A DNA stretch of 64,000 bases from Bacilli bacterium (GTDB lineage: Bacteria > Bacillota_I > Bacilli_A > RF39 > UBA660). Below, piece after piece: positions 37,818-46,791 of the stretch (its first letter is position 1; every line of letters starts with the position of its first letter). Below the pieces are notes generated by a model. That model made no database searches and was not told the origin of the DNA. It saw only the letters and a program-made list of their open reading frames with translations. The stretch covers positions 1,846 through 65,845 of the forward strand of contig JAGBJG010000002.1 in NCBI GenBank assembly GCA_017934595.1, read 5' to 3'. The translations under genes were made by a program, and so were the position numbers.

Positions 37818-37818
37818 T

Positions 37819-38868
37819 TTATTTTGATTTTAGTATTATTGATTCATCATATTTTTTTAATAATTCTTCTGGAGATTCACCATTATATGTTTTATTAATC
37901 CCATATCTTTTAATAAATTGACTACATAATATAAATGAAATTCTATCATTTATTTCCGAATCTCTAAAATCATCTTTATAATATATATTATTAGTATAAT
38001 TAGGAACAATACTTTCAATAATATTTAAGAATAAAGAAGCCATTTCTACTTTATTTTTTATATCATTGCTCAAAAGCATTCTCCTCATTCTTTGATATAT
38101 TAATTTAACCATTATCGAATCCATTTCATTCTTATAATCAGCATACAATTCATTTTCTTTTAATATATCAATCATAAAGTTATATGATTCTAATATCTTA
38201 CTAATACAAGTAGATGATACAGGGTCAAGTTCTCCATTAGAAGATGACGATTTTCTCATTCTATATTCATATATAATGTCATTTGTATGAACCATGTCGC
38301 CTGACTTTATTAGTGCCGGATATACTACTTCCATATCATGATATTGTGTATGAGTGGATGGTGTCTGAATAACAGGCGCTAAATCTTCATGATATATTTT
38401 ATCCCAAAATGTACATGTGACATTACCTAATAAACTTTTATCTTTAATAAAGTCTATATGTTCAAGTTTCCATTTTTTATTATTCAATCCAATAGGTGAA
38501 CCTGGTAAATAGCATTTAATTCTGCCATTTCCTACCATGCTGTCATATTTTTTCATTTTGTTCAATAACTTTAATAAGTTATCTACATGAGAAACATCAT
38601 CGCAATCTACAAATGTAAAATATTTAGTTGTAAGAAAATTCAATCCATTCTTACGAGCCATGGCGGCACCTTGATTATCCTGATTGACTAATTTAACGTG
38701 TTTTTTACCCTTCGCAAATTTCTCAAGGCAATCAGTTGTCTCTTTATTTGAGCCATCGTTTATAATCAATACATCAACCGCTTCATTATCAACACTTTTT
38801 AAAGTCCTTTCAAGTAATGGTAATGGCGTATTATATACCGGCATAATAATCGTTAATTCTTTTCCCAT
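37819..38868 (-). CDS. Family 2 glycosyltransferase
   Basis: LTIIMPVYNTPLPLLERTLKSV ... INDGSNKET ... VDCDD. Confidence 0.85.
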   Translation of the reverse strand: MGKELTIIMPVYNTPLPLLERTLKSVDNEAVDVLIINDGSNKETTDCLEKFAKGKKHVKLVNQDNQGAAMARKNGLNFLTTKYFTFVDCDDVSHVDNLLKLLNKMKKYDSMVGNGRIKCYLPGSPIGLNNKKWKLEHIDFIKDKSLLGNVTCTFWDKIYHEDLAPVIQTPSTHTQYHDMEVVYPALIKSGDMVHTNDIIYEYRMRKSSSSNGELDPVSSTCISKILESYNFMIDILKENELYADYKNEMDSIMVKLIYQRMRRMLLSNDIKNKVEMASLFLNIIESIVPNYTNNIYYKDDFRDSEINDRISFILCSQFIKRYGINKTYNGESPEELLKKYDESIILKSK

Positions 38869-38910
38869 ATATACACCTCACTAAAGTATATTATACATAT
38901 AAATATATTA

Positions 38911-38938
38911 TTGTCAAATATATTTAGTATGATATAAT
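38911..38938 (+). promoter_or_regulatory. Sigma-A promoter for 38962-39741
   Basis: TTGTCA - 16 nt - TATAAT with extended -10 TG. Confidence 0.55.
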
Positions 38939-38961
38939 GATATTGTATATAGGAGGTTTTT

Positions 38962-39741
38962 ATGACAAAAATTGATTACAATGAATACTTTGATAGTGAG
39001 GAAAATAAGTATTATGAGCCAGAGGTAATGATGAGCCTTTTAGAAAAACTTAGTGGTAGAAATTTTGAAGATATAATATTATTTCTTACTGAAAGCGAAA
39101 TAACAGTTACAGATGGGAAAATAGAAGCTTACTTAGAAGAAAGATTTAGTAAAGATGAACCAGAATTAAAAGCAAGAATAGAAGCAAGAAAAAGTAGCCG
39201 CGAGCCATCTGTTAGTATATCTTCTAGGGAATATGTCAAATGGAATACAGAAAAATTTATGGATGAGTTAGCTGCTAAAAAATACGCATATAATCCAGCT
39301 GTTTTAAATTATTATAGATGTTATTCAAGAGTATGTGCATCTAAAGCTGAAGCAATATTAACTATTATCAGTAATATTTGTAATAAGACTACTGGTAAAA
39401 TACAAGACACGCTTGATGATTTAAAAATACGACTAGATGCAAGAGGAAATATACTTAAAGATGATATAATTCATTTGGTTAGACCTGCCATTCATAACAT
39501 CGATGAATTTGAAAAAACAATTGAAGATGCAAATAATTTAAACACATATTTAGAAAAGAAATTCACTGAAGAAGAATTAATTGATGGCATGATTCGCTGC
39601 GAAGAAAAAGAAATACAGAAAAAAAATCTATATAACGATTTATATGAAGGCAACATACCATTAACAGAAGAGCAAAAAGAAGAAATAAAAGAAACACATT
39701 CTAAAATAATGACAAAATTTTTAAATATGATTGAAGAATAA
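38962..39741 (+). CDS. Hypothetical protein (no recognisable family)
   Basis: 259-codon ORF with AGGAGG RBS, its own promoter and terminator; E/K-rich, predicted helical. Confidence 0.6.
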   Translation: MTKIDYNEYFDSEENKYYEPEVMMSLLEKLSGRNFEDIILFLTESEITVTDGKIEAYLEERFSKDEPELKARIEARKSSREPSVSISSREYVKWNTEKFMDELAAKKYAYNPAVLNYYRCYSRVCASKAEAILTIISNICNKTTGKIQDTLDDLKIRLDARGNILKDDIIHLVRPAIHNIDEFEKTIEDANNLNTYLEKKFTEEELIDGMIRCEEKEIQKKNLYNDLYEGNIPLTEEQKEEIKETHSKIMTKFLNMIEE

Positions 39742-39743
39742 TA

Positions 39744-39773
39744 AAAAAGGAAGAGATAACTCTTCCTTTTAAA
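39744..39773. terminator. Bidirectional intrinsic terminator (38962-39741 and tRNA-His)
   Basis: AAAGGAAGAG ATAA CTCTTCCTTT (10-bp stem) flanked by A- and T-runs. Confidence 0.8.
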
Positions 39774-39782
39774 ATACTTAAG

Positions 39783-39859
39783 TGGGGCGCGGTAAGGGGA
39801 TCGAACCCTTGCATAACGGAACCACAATCCGCCGTGTTAACCACTTCACCAACCACGCC
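39783..39859 (-). tRNA. tRNA-His (anticodon GTG)
   Basis: Hand-folded cloverleaf of 77 nt: 8-bp acceptor stem including the encoded G-1:C73, anticodon loop TTGTGGT, T-arm AAGGG-TTCGATC-CCCTT, encoded CCA. Confidence 0.92.
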
Positions 39860-39883
39860 AAGATGTCATTGCTGACATGTAAT

Positions 39884-39912
39884 ATTCTATCAACTTTTTT
39901 ACCTTTTTGCAA
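39884..39912 (-). promoter_or_regulatory. Sigma-A promoter of tRNA-His
   Basis: TTGCAA - 17 nt - TAGAAT on the minus strand, about 25 nt upstream of the mature 5' end. Confidence 0.55.
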
Positions 39913-39995
39913 CCCCCTTATATTACTTTTTGTTTAAATAGTTATAAACCTATACACTATTTTACTAAAACCATAAGATAATGTGGGAGGTATTT

Positions 39996-40436
39996 ATGAA
40001 TAATTACAATATAGATAGAGGATATTATAACTACATTAATAATAACTATAATATCCCAACTTATGAACAAGACATTAATAAAAATAATATATTTGATCCA
40101 TATAACGGTTTAATTAGAGGTAACATGTTTCCAGATTTATATAATACTTATAAAATAGATAATCCAATCGATATTAAACCAATGAATGAACAAGCGGAGA
40201 TGTTAACTTATATAGATGCCCTATGCTTCGCATGCATAGATTTAAGTTTATATTTAGATATTAATCCAAATGATAAAGACGCAATTGAACTATATAATGT
40301 CTACCGCACTAATTTAGGTGAATATATGTTAATGTATCAAAACAAATATGGACCAATTACTAAAACAAGTGATTCACTAAATGCATATCCATGGAAATGG
40401 AATGATTCACCGTGGCCTTGGGAGAAAGGAGTATAA
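39996..40436 (+). CDS. cotJB: Spore coat protein CotJB with CotJA-like N-terminal extension (apparent fusion)
   Basis: C-terminal part: MLTYIDALCFACIDLSLYLDINPNDKDAIELYN...YGPI...YPWKWNDSPWPWE (CotJB). N-terminal part: FDPYNGLIRGNMFPDLYNTYK (CotJA-like). GGGAGG RBS before ATG 39996. Confidence 0.75.
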   Translation: MNNYNIDRGYYNYINNNYNIPTYEQDINKNNIFDPYNGLIRGNMFPDLYNTYKIDNPIDIKPMNEQAEMLTYIDALCFACIDLSLYLDINPNDKDAIELYNVYRTNLGEYMLMYQNKYGPITKTSDSLNAYPWKWNDSPWPWEKGV

Positions 40437-40437
40437 T

Positions 40438-40995
40438 ATGTGGGCATATCAAAAAAAATTAGAATATCCTATTAATATAAAAAGAAAAGATTTAAAGATG
40501 GCAAAATATTTAATGGATCAATATGGTGGACCATATGGTGAATTAAATGCAGCATTACAATATCTAAATCAAAGATATACTATGCCTGATGAAAGAGGAA
40601 AATCATTACTTACAGATATTGGTACAGAGGAATTCGCGCATTTAGAAATGATTGCTACGATGATATATCAATTAACTAAAGATGCAACTACTGACGAATT
40701 AGAAAAAGCTGGATTAGGGTGTCATTACGTATCATTTGACCACGCAACATTCCCTGCTAATTCAAATGGCGTTCCTTATACAGCTGCATACTTGCAAACT
40801 ACTGGAGATTATATTGCTGATTTAGAATCCGATATGGCTGCTGAACAACGAGCCAGATCAACTTATGAGCACTTAATGGATTTAACAGATGATCCAGATT
40901 TAATCGCACCATTAGCGTTCTTAAGACAAAGAGAAATTATACATTATCAGAGATTTAAAGAATTAAGAAATTACTATTTAAAAAATAAAATATAA
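40438..40995 (+). CDS. cotJC: Spore coat protein CotJC (manganese-catalase family)
   Basis: MWAYQKKLEYPINIKRKDLKMAKYLMDQYGGPYGELNAALQYLNQRY...EEFAHLEMI. Start at ATG 40438 (AAAGGAG RBS). Confidence 0.9.
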   Translation: MWAYQKKLEYPINIKRKDLKMAKYLMDQYGGPYGELNAALQYLNQRYTMPDERGKSLLTDIGTEEFAHLEMIATMIYQLTKDATTDELEKAGLGCHYVSFDHATFPANSNGVPYTAAYLQTTGDYIADLESDMAAEQRARSTYEHLMDLTDDPDLIAPLAFLRQREIIHYQRFKELRNYYLKNKI

Positions 40996-41038
40996 GTATT
41001 AATTCAGTCATTTAGAAAATAATAATAATGGTGATTTT

Positions 41039-41416
41039 ATGAAAAGATGGATTATATTTTTAATACCACTTATATTATGCGGTTGTTCTAAAAACGTATC
41101 CTTAGATATTCCTACAAATACTATTACTAATATAGTATATGAAGATACTGAAATTAGAAATAGTGATTTTGACAAGATAATATCTGAAATAAACGATAAA
41201 AAATTTTATGATTTACAAAATATTGATGTTGAAGGCAAAAAACTGACAATAGATACTAATGATGAATTATATAATTTAGAAGTATTTGATAACTACTTAG
41301 TTTATACGATAGATAATAAAAGATATTATACTAAAGTTGATAATATTTCTATGTATATTAATGATATTGTAGATAAATATGATAATCCAATAATTAAAGC
41401 TAATAAAAATAATTAA
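41039..41416 (+). CDS. Putative lipoprotein, function unknown
   Basis: Signal peptide with lipobox-like LILCGC. Confidence 0.6.
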   Translation: MKRWIIFLIPLILCGCSKNVSLDIPTNTITNIVYEDTEIRNSDFDKIISEINDKKFYDLQNIDVEGKKLTIDTNDELYNLEVFDNYLVYTIDNKRYYTKVDNISMYINDIVDKYDNPIIKANKNN

Positions 41417-41445
41417 TAAGCATACACTCTATTAGGAGTGTGTAT

Positions 41446-42423
41446 ATGAATAAAGTATTAATCTTATTTGGAGGCAATTCATCCGAACATGAAATATCAT
41501 GTAAATCTGTTATAAATGTAATAGAAAATATTGATACTAATCTATTTGATTTTAAAGTTGTAGGTATCACTAAGGATAATAGATGGATAGAATGTAATAA
41601 AGAAAATATTATTAATAATAATTGGTATCAACTAGATGAAATAGAGAATATTATTAAATATCTAATAAAATTTGATATAGTTTTACCAATTATGCATGGT
41701 ATTGGCGGTGAAGATGGTAAACTTCAAGGTATGCTAGAGTTATTTGATATTAAATATGTAGGTTCCAATATAGAAGCTAGTTCTATAGGAATGAATAAGT
41801 ATTTATCAAAAATATTTTTTGACAATATAGGAATTCCACAGATACCTTATATTAAATATGATAATAACATAGACGAAATACTAAAACTCGGATTTCCTCT
41901 AATTGTTAAACCTTGTAATGGTGGTTCATCCATAGGTATAAATAAAGTTACTAATGAAGAAGAATTAAAAAAAGCTATAAAAGAAGCTTCTCTATATGAT
42001 AAAAATATTATTGTGGAAAAGTTTATAAATGCTAGGGAATTTGAATGTGCCGTATTAGAAACCGATGAAATAAAAGTATCAGATATAGGAGAAATTAAAT
42101 TCAATAATGAATTTTATGACTATGAGGATAAATATAAAAATCACGTTGATACAATTATACCTGCCGATATTGACGATGACTTAAGAGAAAAAATTAGAAA
42201 ATATAGTAAAGATATATTTATTAAATTAGGCTGCAAGAATTTATGTAGAATAGATTTTTTATATGATAAAGATACAAACAACTTATATTTAAATGAATTA
42301 AATACATTGCCTGGATTTACTAATATAAGTATGTATCCAAGACTAATTAAAAATATGGGATATTCGTATAAAGAATTAATCACAATGTTAATTACAAAAA
42401 AAGATGCTAAGCACGTTTCTTAG
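41446..42423 (+). CDS. ddl: D-alanine--D-alanine ligase
   Basis: MNKVLILFGGNSSEHEISCKS, HGIGGEDGKLQG, ATP-grasp core, LNELNTLPGFT. Start moved to ATG 41446. Confidence 0.93.
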   Translation: MNKVLILFGGNSSEHEISCKSVINVIENIDTNLFDFKVVGITKDNRWIECNKENIINNNWYQLDEIENIIKYLIKFDIVLPIMHGIGGEDGKLQGMLELFDIKYVGSNIEASSIGMNKYLSKIFFDNIGIPQIPYIKYDNNIDEILKLGFPLIVKPCNGGSSIGINKVTNEEELKKAIKEASLYDKNIIVEKFINAREFECAVLETDEIKVSDIGEIKFNNEFYDYEDKYKNHVDTIIPADIDDDLREKIRKYSKDIFIKLGCKNLCRIDFLYDKDTNNLYLNELNTLPGFTNISMYPRLIKNMGYSYKELITMLITKKDAKHVS

Positions 42424-42438
42424 CATCTTCTTTTTTTC
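42395..42438. terminator. Bidirectional intrinsic terminator embedded in the overlapping ddl/typA 3' ends
   Basis: 9-bp stem GATGCTAAG/CTTAGCATC (42403-42411/42419-42427), 7-nt loop, A-run upstream and T-run downstream. Both stop codons lie in the stem arms. Confidence 0.75.
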
Positions 42439-44224
42439 TTAATTCAGTATTTAATATTTTCTTTCTTAATCTGAAACTTACTGGAGTTACTTCAACTAAT
42501 TCATCACTATTGATATAGTCTAAACACATCTCTAAAGTCATAACTCTAGGTCTATCAAGTACTACTGTATGATCAGAACCTGCTGCACGTGTATTAGTAA
42601 GTTTTTTACCTTTAACAACGTTTACAGCTAAATCATTATCATGATTATGTTCACCAACTATCATACCTTCATATACTTCAGTACCAGGTTCAATAAACAT
42701 AACACCACGGTCCTCTAAGGCACCTAAAGCATAAGCAGTTGCTTTACCATTTTCCATTGAAACCATAACACCAAGTTTTCTTTCACCTACGTTACCTGAA
42801 GCCATTTTTCTATATTCTTTATATGTATGATTCATGATACCATAACCTTTTGTCATAGTCATAAATTCTGTTGCGAATCCGATTAATCCACGTGAAGGAA
42901 TGACATAAGTTAATCTTGTTTGTCCACCTGATGGATTCATAGAAACCATTTCAGCATCTCTCGTACCTAATGCAGTTATAATATTACCAACATATTCTTC
43001 TGGTACATCGATTTGTAAATCTTCATATGGTTCACACATAACACCATCTATTTCTTTTGTAATAACAGCTGGTTTAGATACTTGAAGTTCAAAACCTTCT
43101 CTTCTCATGTTTTCAATTAAAATAGATAAGTGTAATTCACCACGACCAGATACTATAAATGATTCATTATCAGCTGGTTCTACTTTTAAAGATACGTCTC
43201 TTTCAGTTTCTTTCATTAATCTATCTTGAATTTTACTAGCTGTAAGAAGTTTACCTTCTCTACCAGAAAATGGAGATGAGTTAACACCAAATGTCATTTG
43301 TAATGTTGGTTCATCTATTCTTAATATTGGTAAGGCATCTTCTTTTCCTACTGTACAAACAGTTTCACCAACTGAAATATCAGGAAGTCCAGCTATAGCT
43401 ATAATATCACCGGCAGAAGCTTCTTGAATTTCAATTCTTTTATATCCTAAGAAGCCATACATCTTTTGGATTCTAAATTGCTTAACTGAACCATCTAGCC
43501 TCATACAAGAAACCATTTCATTAACTTTTACAGAACCTCTTTTAACAACACCGATACCAATTCTTCCTACGAAATCAGTATAATCTAATAATGCAGGTTG
43601 GAATTGTAATCCTTCACCTTCATTTATTTTTGGATCAGGAATACTTTCTAATATTGTATCTAATATAGGAGCCATAGTTTCTTCTTGAGTAGCTTTATCA
43701 GGATTATAACTAGATGTACCTGCTAATGCTGAAGCATAAATAACAGGGAAATCTAATTGATCAACATCTGCGCCTAAGTCAATAAATAACTCCATAACTT
43801 CATCTACTACTTCTTTTGGTCTAGCAGATTCCTTATCTATCTTATTTACTACAACAATAGGAGTTATTTTAGCTTCTAATGCTTTTTTAAGTACAAACTT
43901 AGTTTGAGGCATTGGTCCTTCATAAGCATCTACTACTAAGATTACACCATCAACCATATTCATAATACGTTCTACTTCTCCACCAAAATCAGCATGGCCT
44001 GGAGTATCAACTATATTAATTCTATAGTCTTTATAATCAATAGCTGTAGTTTTAGCTAAAATTGTAATTCCTCTTTCTCTTTCAATCGCATTTGAATCCA
44101 TAGATAAATCATCGATATTTTCATTAGCTCTAAACATACCAGATGATTTTAATAATCTATCAACTAATTTAGTTTTACCATGATCGACATGGGCAATTAT
44201 CGCGATATTCTTTATTTTTTTCAT
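42407..44224 (-). CDS. typA: Translational GTPase TypA/BipA
   Basis: IKNIAIIAHVDHGKTKLVD, DTPGHADFGGEVER, NKID. Start moved to ATG 44224. Confidence 0.96.
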   Translation of the reverse strand: MKKIKNIAIIAHVDHGKTKLVDRLLKSSGMFRANENIDDLSMDSNAIERERGITILAKTTAIDYKDYRINIVDTPGHADFGGEVERIMNMVDGVILVVDAYEGPMPQTKFVLKKALEAKITPIVVVNKIDKESARPKEVVDEVMELFIDLGADVDQLDFPVIYASALAGTSSYNPDKATQEETMAPILDTILESIPDPKINEGEGLQFQPALLDYTDFVGRIGIGVVKRGSVKVNEMVSCMRLDGSVKQFRIQKMYGFLGYKRIEIQEASAGDIIAIAGLPDISVGETVCTVGKEDALPILRIDEPTLQMTFGVNSSPFSGREGKLLTASKIQDRLMKETERDVSLKVEPADNESFIVSGRGELHLSILIENMRREGFELQVSKPAVITKEIDGVMCEPYEDLQIDVPEEYVGNIITALGTRDAEMVSMNPSGGQTRLTYVIPSRGLIGFATEFMTMTKGYGIMNHTYKEYRKMASGNVGERKLGVMVSMENGKATAYALGALEDRGVMFIEPGTEVYEGMIVGEHNHDNDLAVNVVKGKKLTNTRAAGSDHTVVLDRPRVMTLEMCLDYINSDELVEVTPVSFRLRKKILNTELRKKEDAKKRA

Positions 44225-44282
44225 AAAAATCACTCCACAACTGCATAATCATACCACAACAATCGAAAAAAGTAAACATTTG

Positions 44283-44311
44283 TTGACTTTTTAAACAAAT
44301 TTATATATATT
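44283..44311 (+). promoter_or_regulatory. Sigma-A-type promoter for 44332-44787
   Basis: TTGACT - 17 nt - TATATT. Confidence 0.5.
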
Positions 44312-44331
44312 ATATCGTGGAGATGACAAGC

Positions 44332-44787
44332 ATGATTGACGCAAAAAAACACTTAGTAACAATTATATATAATCCAGCATATGAAGATATTAAAGGTATC
44401 ACTATGTATGGGGATGATGAAACATATAGTCATGCCAATGCTATTAATAATATCGAAAGAAAAATGGCTTATACATATGATTGGCCACAAATTACTTATA
44501 AAGAAAGACTAAGTCAAATTAAAATATATAAACATTGTGATTATAACAACATCGTTATAGCGAATAACGGATTTAATGGAGTTCCAGTTTTATATGTATA
44601 TTTACCTGAAAATATTGATGATGATAGAATAGAAATGATAAAAGAATTCATTAATGAAAATAGAGAATATATTAAAGAAATAGCAATATGTAACTCAACT
44701 GAAGAACAGAGAATAGATATTGATAGTTTTTTACATAATAAGACTAAAAAATTTACAATTATTGAACACATTAATCGATTAAGATAA
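44332..44787 (+). CDS. Hypothetical protein (no recognisable family)
   Basis: ORF with GGAG 9 nt upstream of ATG 44332 (alternative starts 44317/44323); its own promoter and terminator. Confidence 0.5.
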   Translation: MIDAKKHLVTIIYNPAYEDIKGITMYGDDETYSHANAINNIERKMAYTYDWPQITYKERLSQIKIYKHCDYNNIVIANNGFNGVPVLYVYLPENIDDDRIEMIKEFINENREYIKEIAICNSTEEQRIDIDSFLHNKTKKFTIIEHINRLR

Positions 44788-44796
44788 AAGGATAAG

Positions 44797-44833
44797 AAAA
44801 AAGACTAAAATTTCATATTTTTTAGTCTTTTAT
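44797..44833. terminator. Bidirectional intrinsic terminator (44332-44787 / NUDIX gene)
   Basis: AAGACTAAAA / TTTTAGTCTT 10-bp stem (44801-44810/44820-44829), 9-nt loop. Confidence 0.7.
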
Positions 44834-44868
44834 TTGCTTTATATTAGGTAATATTTTCCTAAAACATG

Positions 44869-45300
44869 CTATTTTATGATATTTTTTAAAATATAATCCA
44901 TTGTTATCTTAACATCAGGAAAAACATCCATAGTATCTAACTCTTCTCTAGTGAACCAGCCAGCACTAATGCATTCATTTTTATCAATTGTTATTAATGG
45001 ATCGTCATATGGAACAGCTGCATAAATTACATCGACATGAGTTATATCATCACGATAATTTTTTTGAATTCCTAAAGGTCTTATAAAATCACTTTCTCTA
45101 GGAAATCTATCTCCAACTATCTTTATTCTAACACCTGTTTCTTCAAATACTTCTCTTTCAGCTGTTTCTTCAAATACCTCATCACCTATTACATGTCCAC
45201 CTGGTTGCATCCATTTATTATAGCTAGAATGTTTAACCAATAATATCTTTTTATTGCTCGGATTTATTACATAAGCAGATGCACAAAAATCTCTTCTCAT
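44869..45300 (-). CDS. NUDIX hydrolase
   Basis: Nudix box GGHVIGDEVFEETAEREVFEETGV. Confidence 0.9.
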   Translation of the reverse strand: MRRDFCASAYVINPSNKKILLVKHSSYNKWMQPGGHVIGDEVFEETAEREVFEETGVRIKIVGDRFPRESDFIRPLGIQKNYRDDITHVDVIYAAVPYDDPLITIDKNECISAGWFTREELDTMDVFPDVKITMDYILKNIIK

Positions 45301-45346
45301 ATTATCACCTATATATATTTTATCATAAATAAAAGAAAAAACTCAA

Positions 45347-46420
45347 TTAATGAGCTTTCTTTTTAATTTTATCAACTATTTCTTTTTCCTTACTTGGAAA
45401 ATCAAATATTACATCAGTTGTTAATACAAATATTATTACAACTACCATTAATATACCATACATTATATATCCTAATTTAGGACTATATAGTAAATATATA
45501 ATAATTGCGGCACTGAATAATGCTTGTACTGTATATATAATTAATACAGTTTTCTTTTGTGAAGATGTTCTTCTAAGAATTTGATGATGTATATGAGAAG
45601 CATCAGGTGTAGCTATACTTTCACCTTTAAGCTTTCTTCTTATAATCGCGAATATTACATCAAGTAATGGAATTATTATTATTAAAAATGGTATTACAAC
45701 AGAAGTTAATACTACACTTTTATACCCTAATAAAGCAACTACACCAACCATATATCCTAAGAACATCGATCCAGAATCACCTAAGAATATATCAGCAGGA
45801 TTGAAATTATGTATCAAGAATCCTATTGTACATCCTAATAATATTAATGAGATTATATAGTATATTCCAAATCTGCCCATTACAAAACTTATAATACCAA
45901 TAGTTAAGAAATATATCGCACTGATACCAGATGATAAACCATCCATACCATCTATTAAATTCATACAATTAATACATGTTAATAAAAATAATATTGTAAA
46001 TGGAATCGTTAACCATTTAAAATCTATTAAATATCCAAATACTGTTAACTTAGATATATTGATATTACCATATAATACAACTACCAATACAGCGATGAAT
46101 TGAAGCAAAAATTTTACCTTAGCAGATATCGGCTTAATATCATCAATCATCCCAGTTATAACGATAATAAAACTTCCTATTAAGATTGAATTCATAAGTA
46201 CGCTTGGCTCACCAAATAACATATATCCAAGTAAAAATCCTGATACAATAGCAAGTCCACCTAGTCTAGGAATTGGTTTTTTATGTATTTTTCTTTTATC
46301 TGGTATATCCAAAGCATTTATATGCACAGCAACTTTTTTTATAATAGGAGTAAATAATGCCACAAATAATAGTGGTATTATTACATATAAAAGAGAGTCT
46401 TTTAACATTGTATAATCCAT
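45347..46420 (-). CDS. tagO: MraY/WecA-family undecaprenyl-phosphate N-acetylhexosamine-1-phosphate transferase (TagO-like)
   Basis: Polytopic; IPRLGGLAI, NLIDGMDGL, GDSGSMFLG motifs. Confidence 0.85.
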   Translation of the reverse strand: MDYTMLKDSLLYVIIPLLFVALFTPIIKKVAVHINALDIPDKRKIHKKPIPRLGGLAIVSGFLLGYMLFGEPSVLMNSILIGSFIIVITGMIDDIKPISAKVKFLLQFIAVLVVVLYGNINISKLTVFGYLIDFKWLTIPFTILFLLTCINCMNLIDGMDGLSSGISAIYFLTIGIISFVMGRFGIYYIISLILLGCTIGFLIHNFNPADIFLGDSGSMFLGYMVGVVALLGYKSVVLTSVVIPFLIIIIPLLDVIFAIIRRKLKGESIATPDASHIHHQILRRTSSQKKTVLIIYTVQALFSAAIIIYLLYSPKLGYIMYGILMVVVIIFVLTTDVIFDFPSKEKEIVDKIKKKAH

Positions 46421-46471
46421 CTATATCACCTATATAAATTATACCATAAACGAAATTGTAAATACAATAAA

Positions 46472-46720
46472 TTATTTATTTAAATACTTTAATCTTGTTG
46501 ATTCGCCACCTCTTATGTGTCTTATATCTATATGATGTTTTAAAATTAAATTTACTTTATTATATAATTCTATATTTATTTCTTTTAGCCTATCACGTAG
46601 ATCTTTATGAACAGTACTTTTTGATACATTAAATATCTTAGCGATATCTCTGACCGTATCATTTGTAGATATAATATATAAAGCTTCTTTTATAACCCTA
46701 TCAGAAATTATCCTATTCAC
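46472..46720 (-). CDS. spoIIID: Sporulation transcriptional regulator SpoIIID
   Basis: VRDIAKIFNVSKSTVHKDL...ILKHHIDIRHIRGGESTRLKY. Start probably GTG 46720 (GAGG 7 nt upstream); ATG 46756 is the alternative. Confidence 0.9.
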   Translation of the reverse strand: MNRIISDRVIKEALYIISTNDTVRDIAKIFNVSKSTVHKDLRDRLKEINIELYNKVNLILKHHIDIRHIRGGESTRLKYLNK

Positions 46721-46764
46721 ATAATCGCCTCTAATAAAGTATATATATTTTATCATTTTTTATA

Positions 46765-46791
46765 ACAAAAAAGAGATATTCATTATATCTC
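46765..46791 (-). terminator. Intrinsic terminator after the spoIIQ-like gene
   Basis: GAGATAT/ATATCTC stem overlapping the stop, followed by UUUUUUG. Confidence 0.65.

Noticed and set aside
39492-39827. 111-aa minus-strand ORF overlapping the 3' end of 38962-39741, the terminator and tRNA-His.
   Set aside because: It runs through a bidirectional terminator and a tRNA gene, so it is not a plausible CDS.
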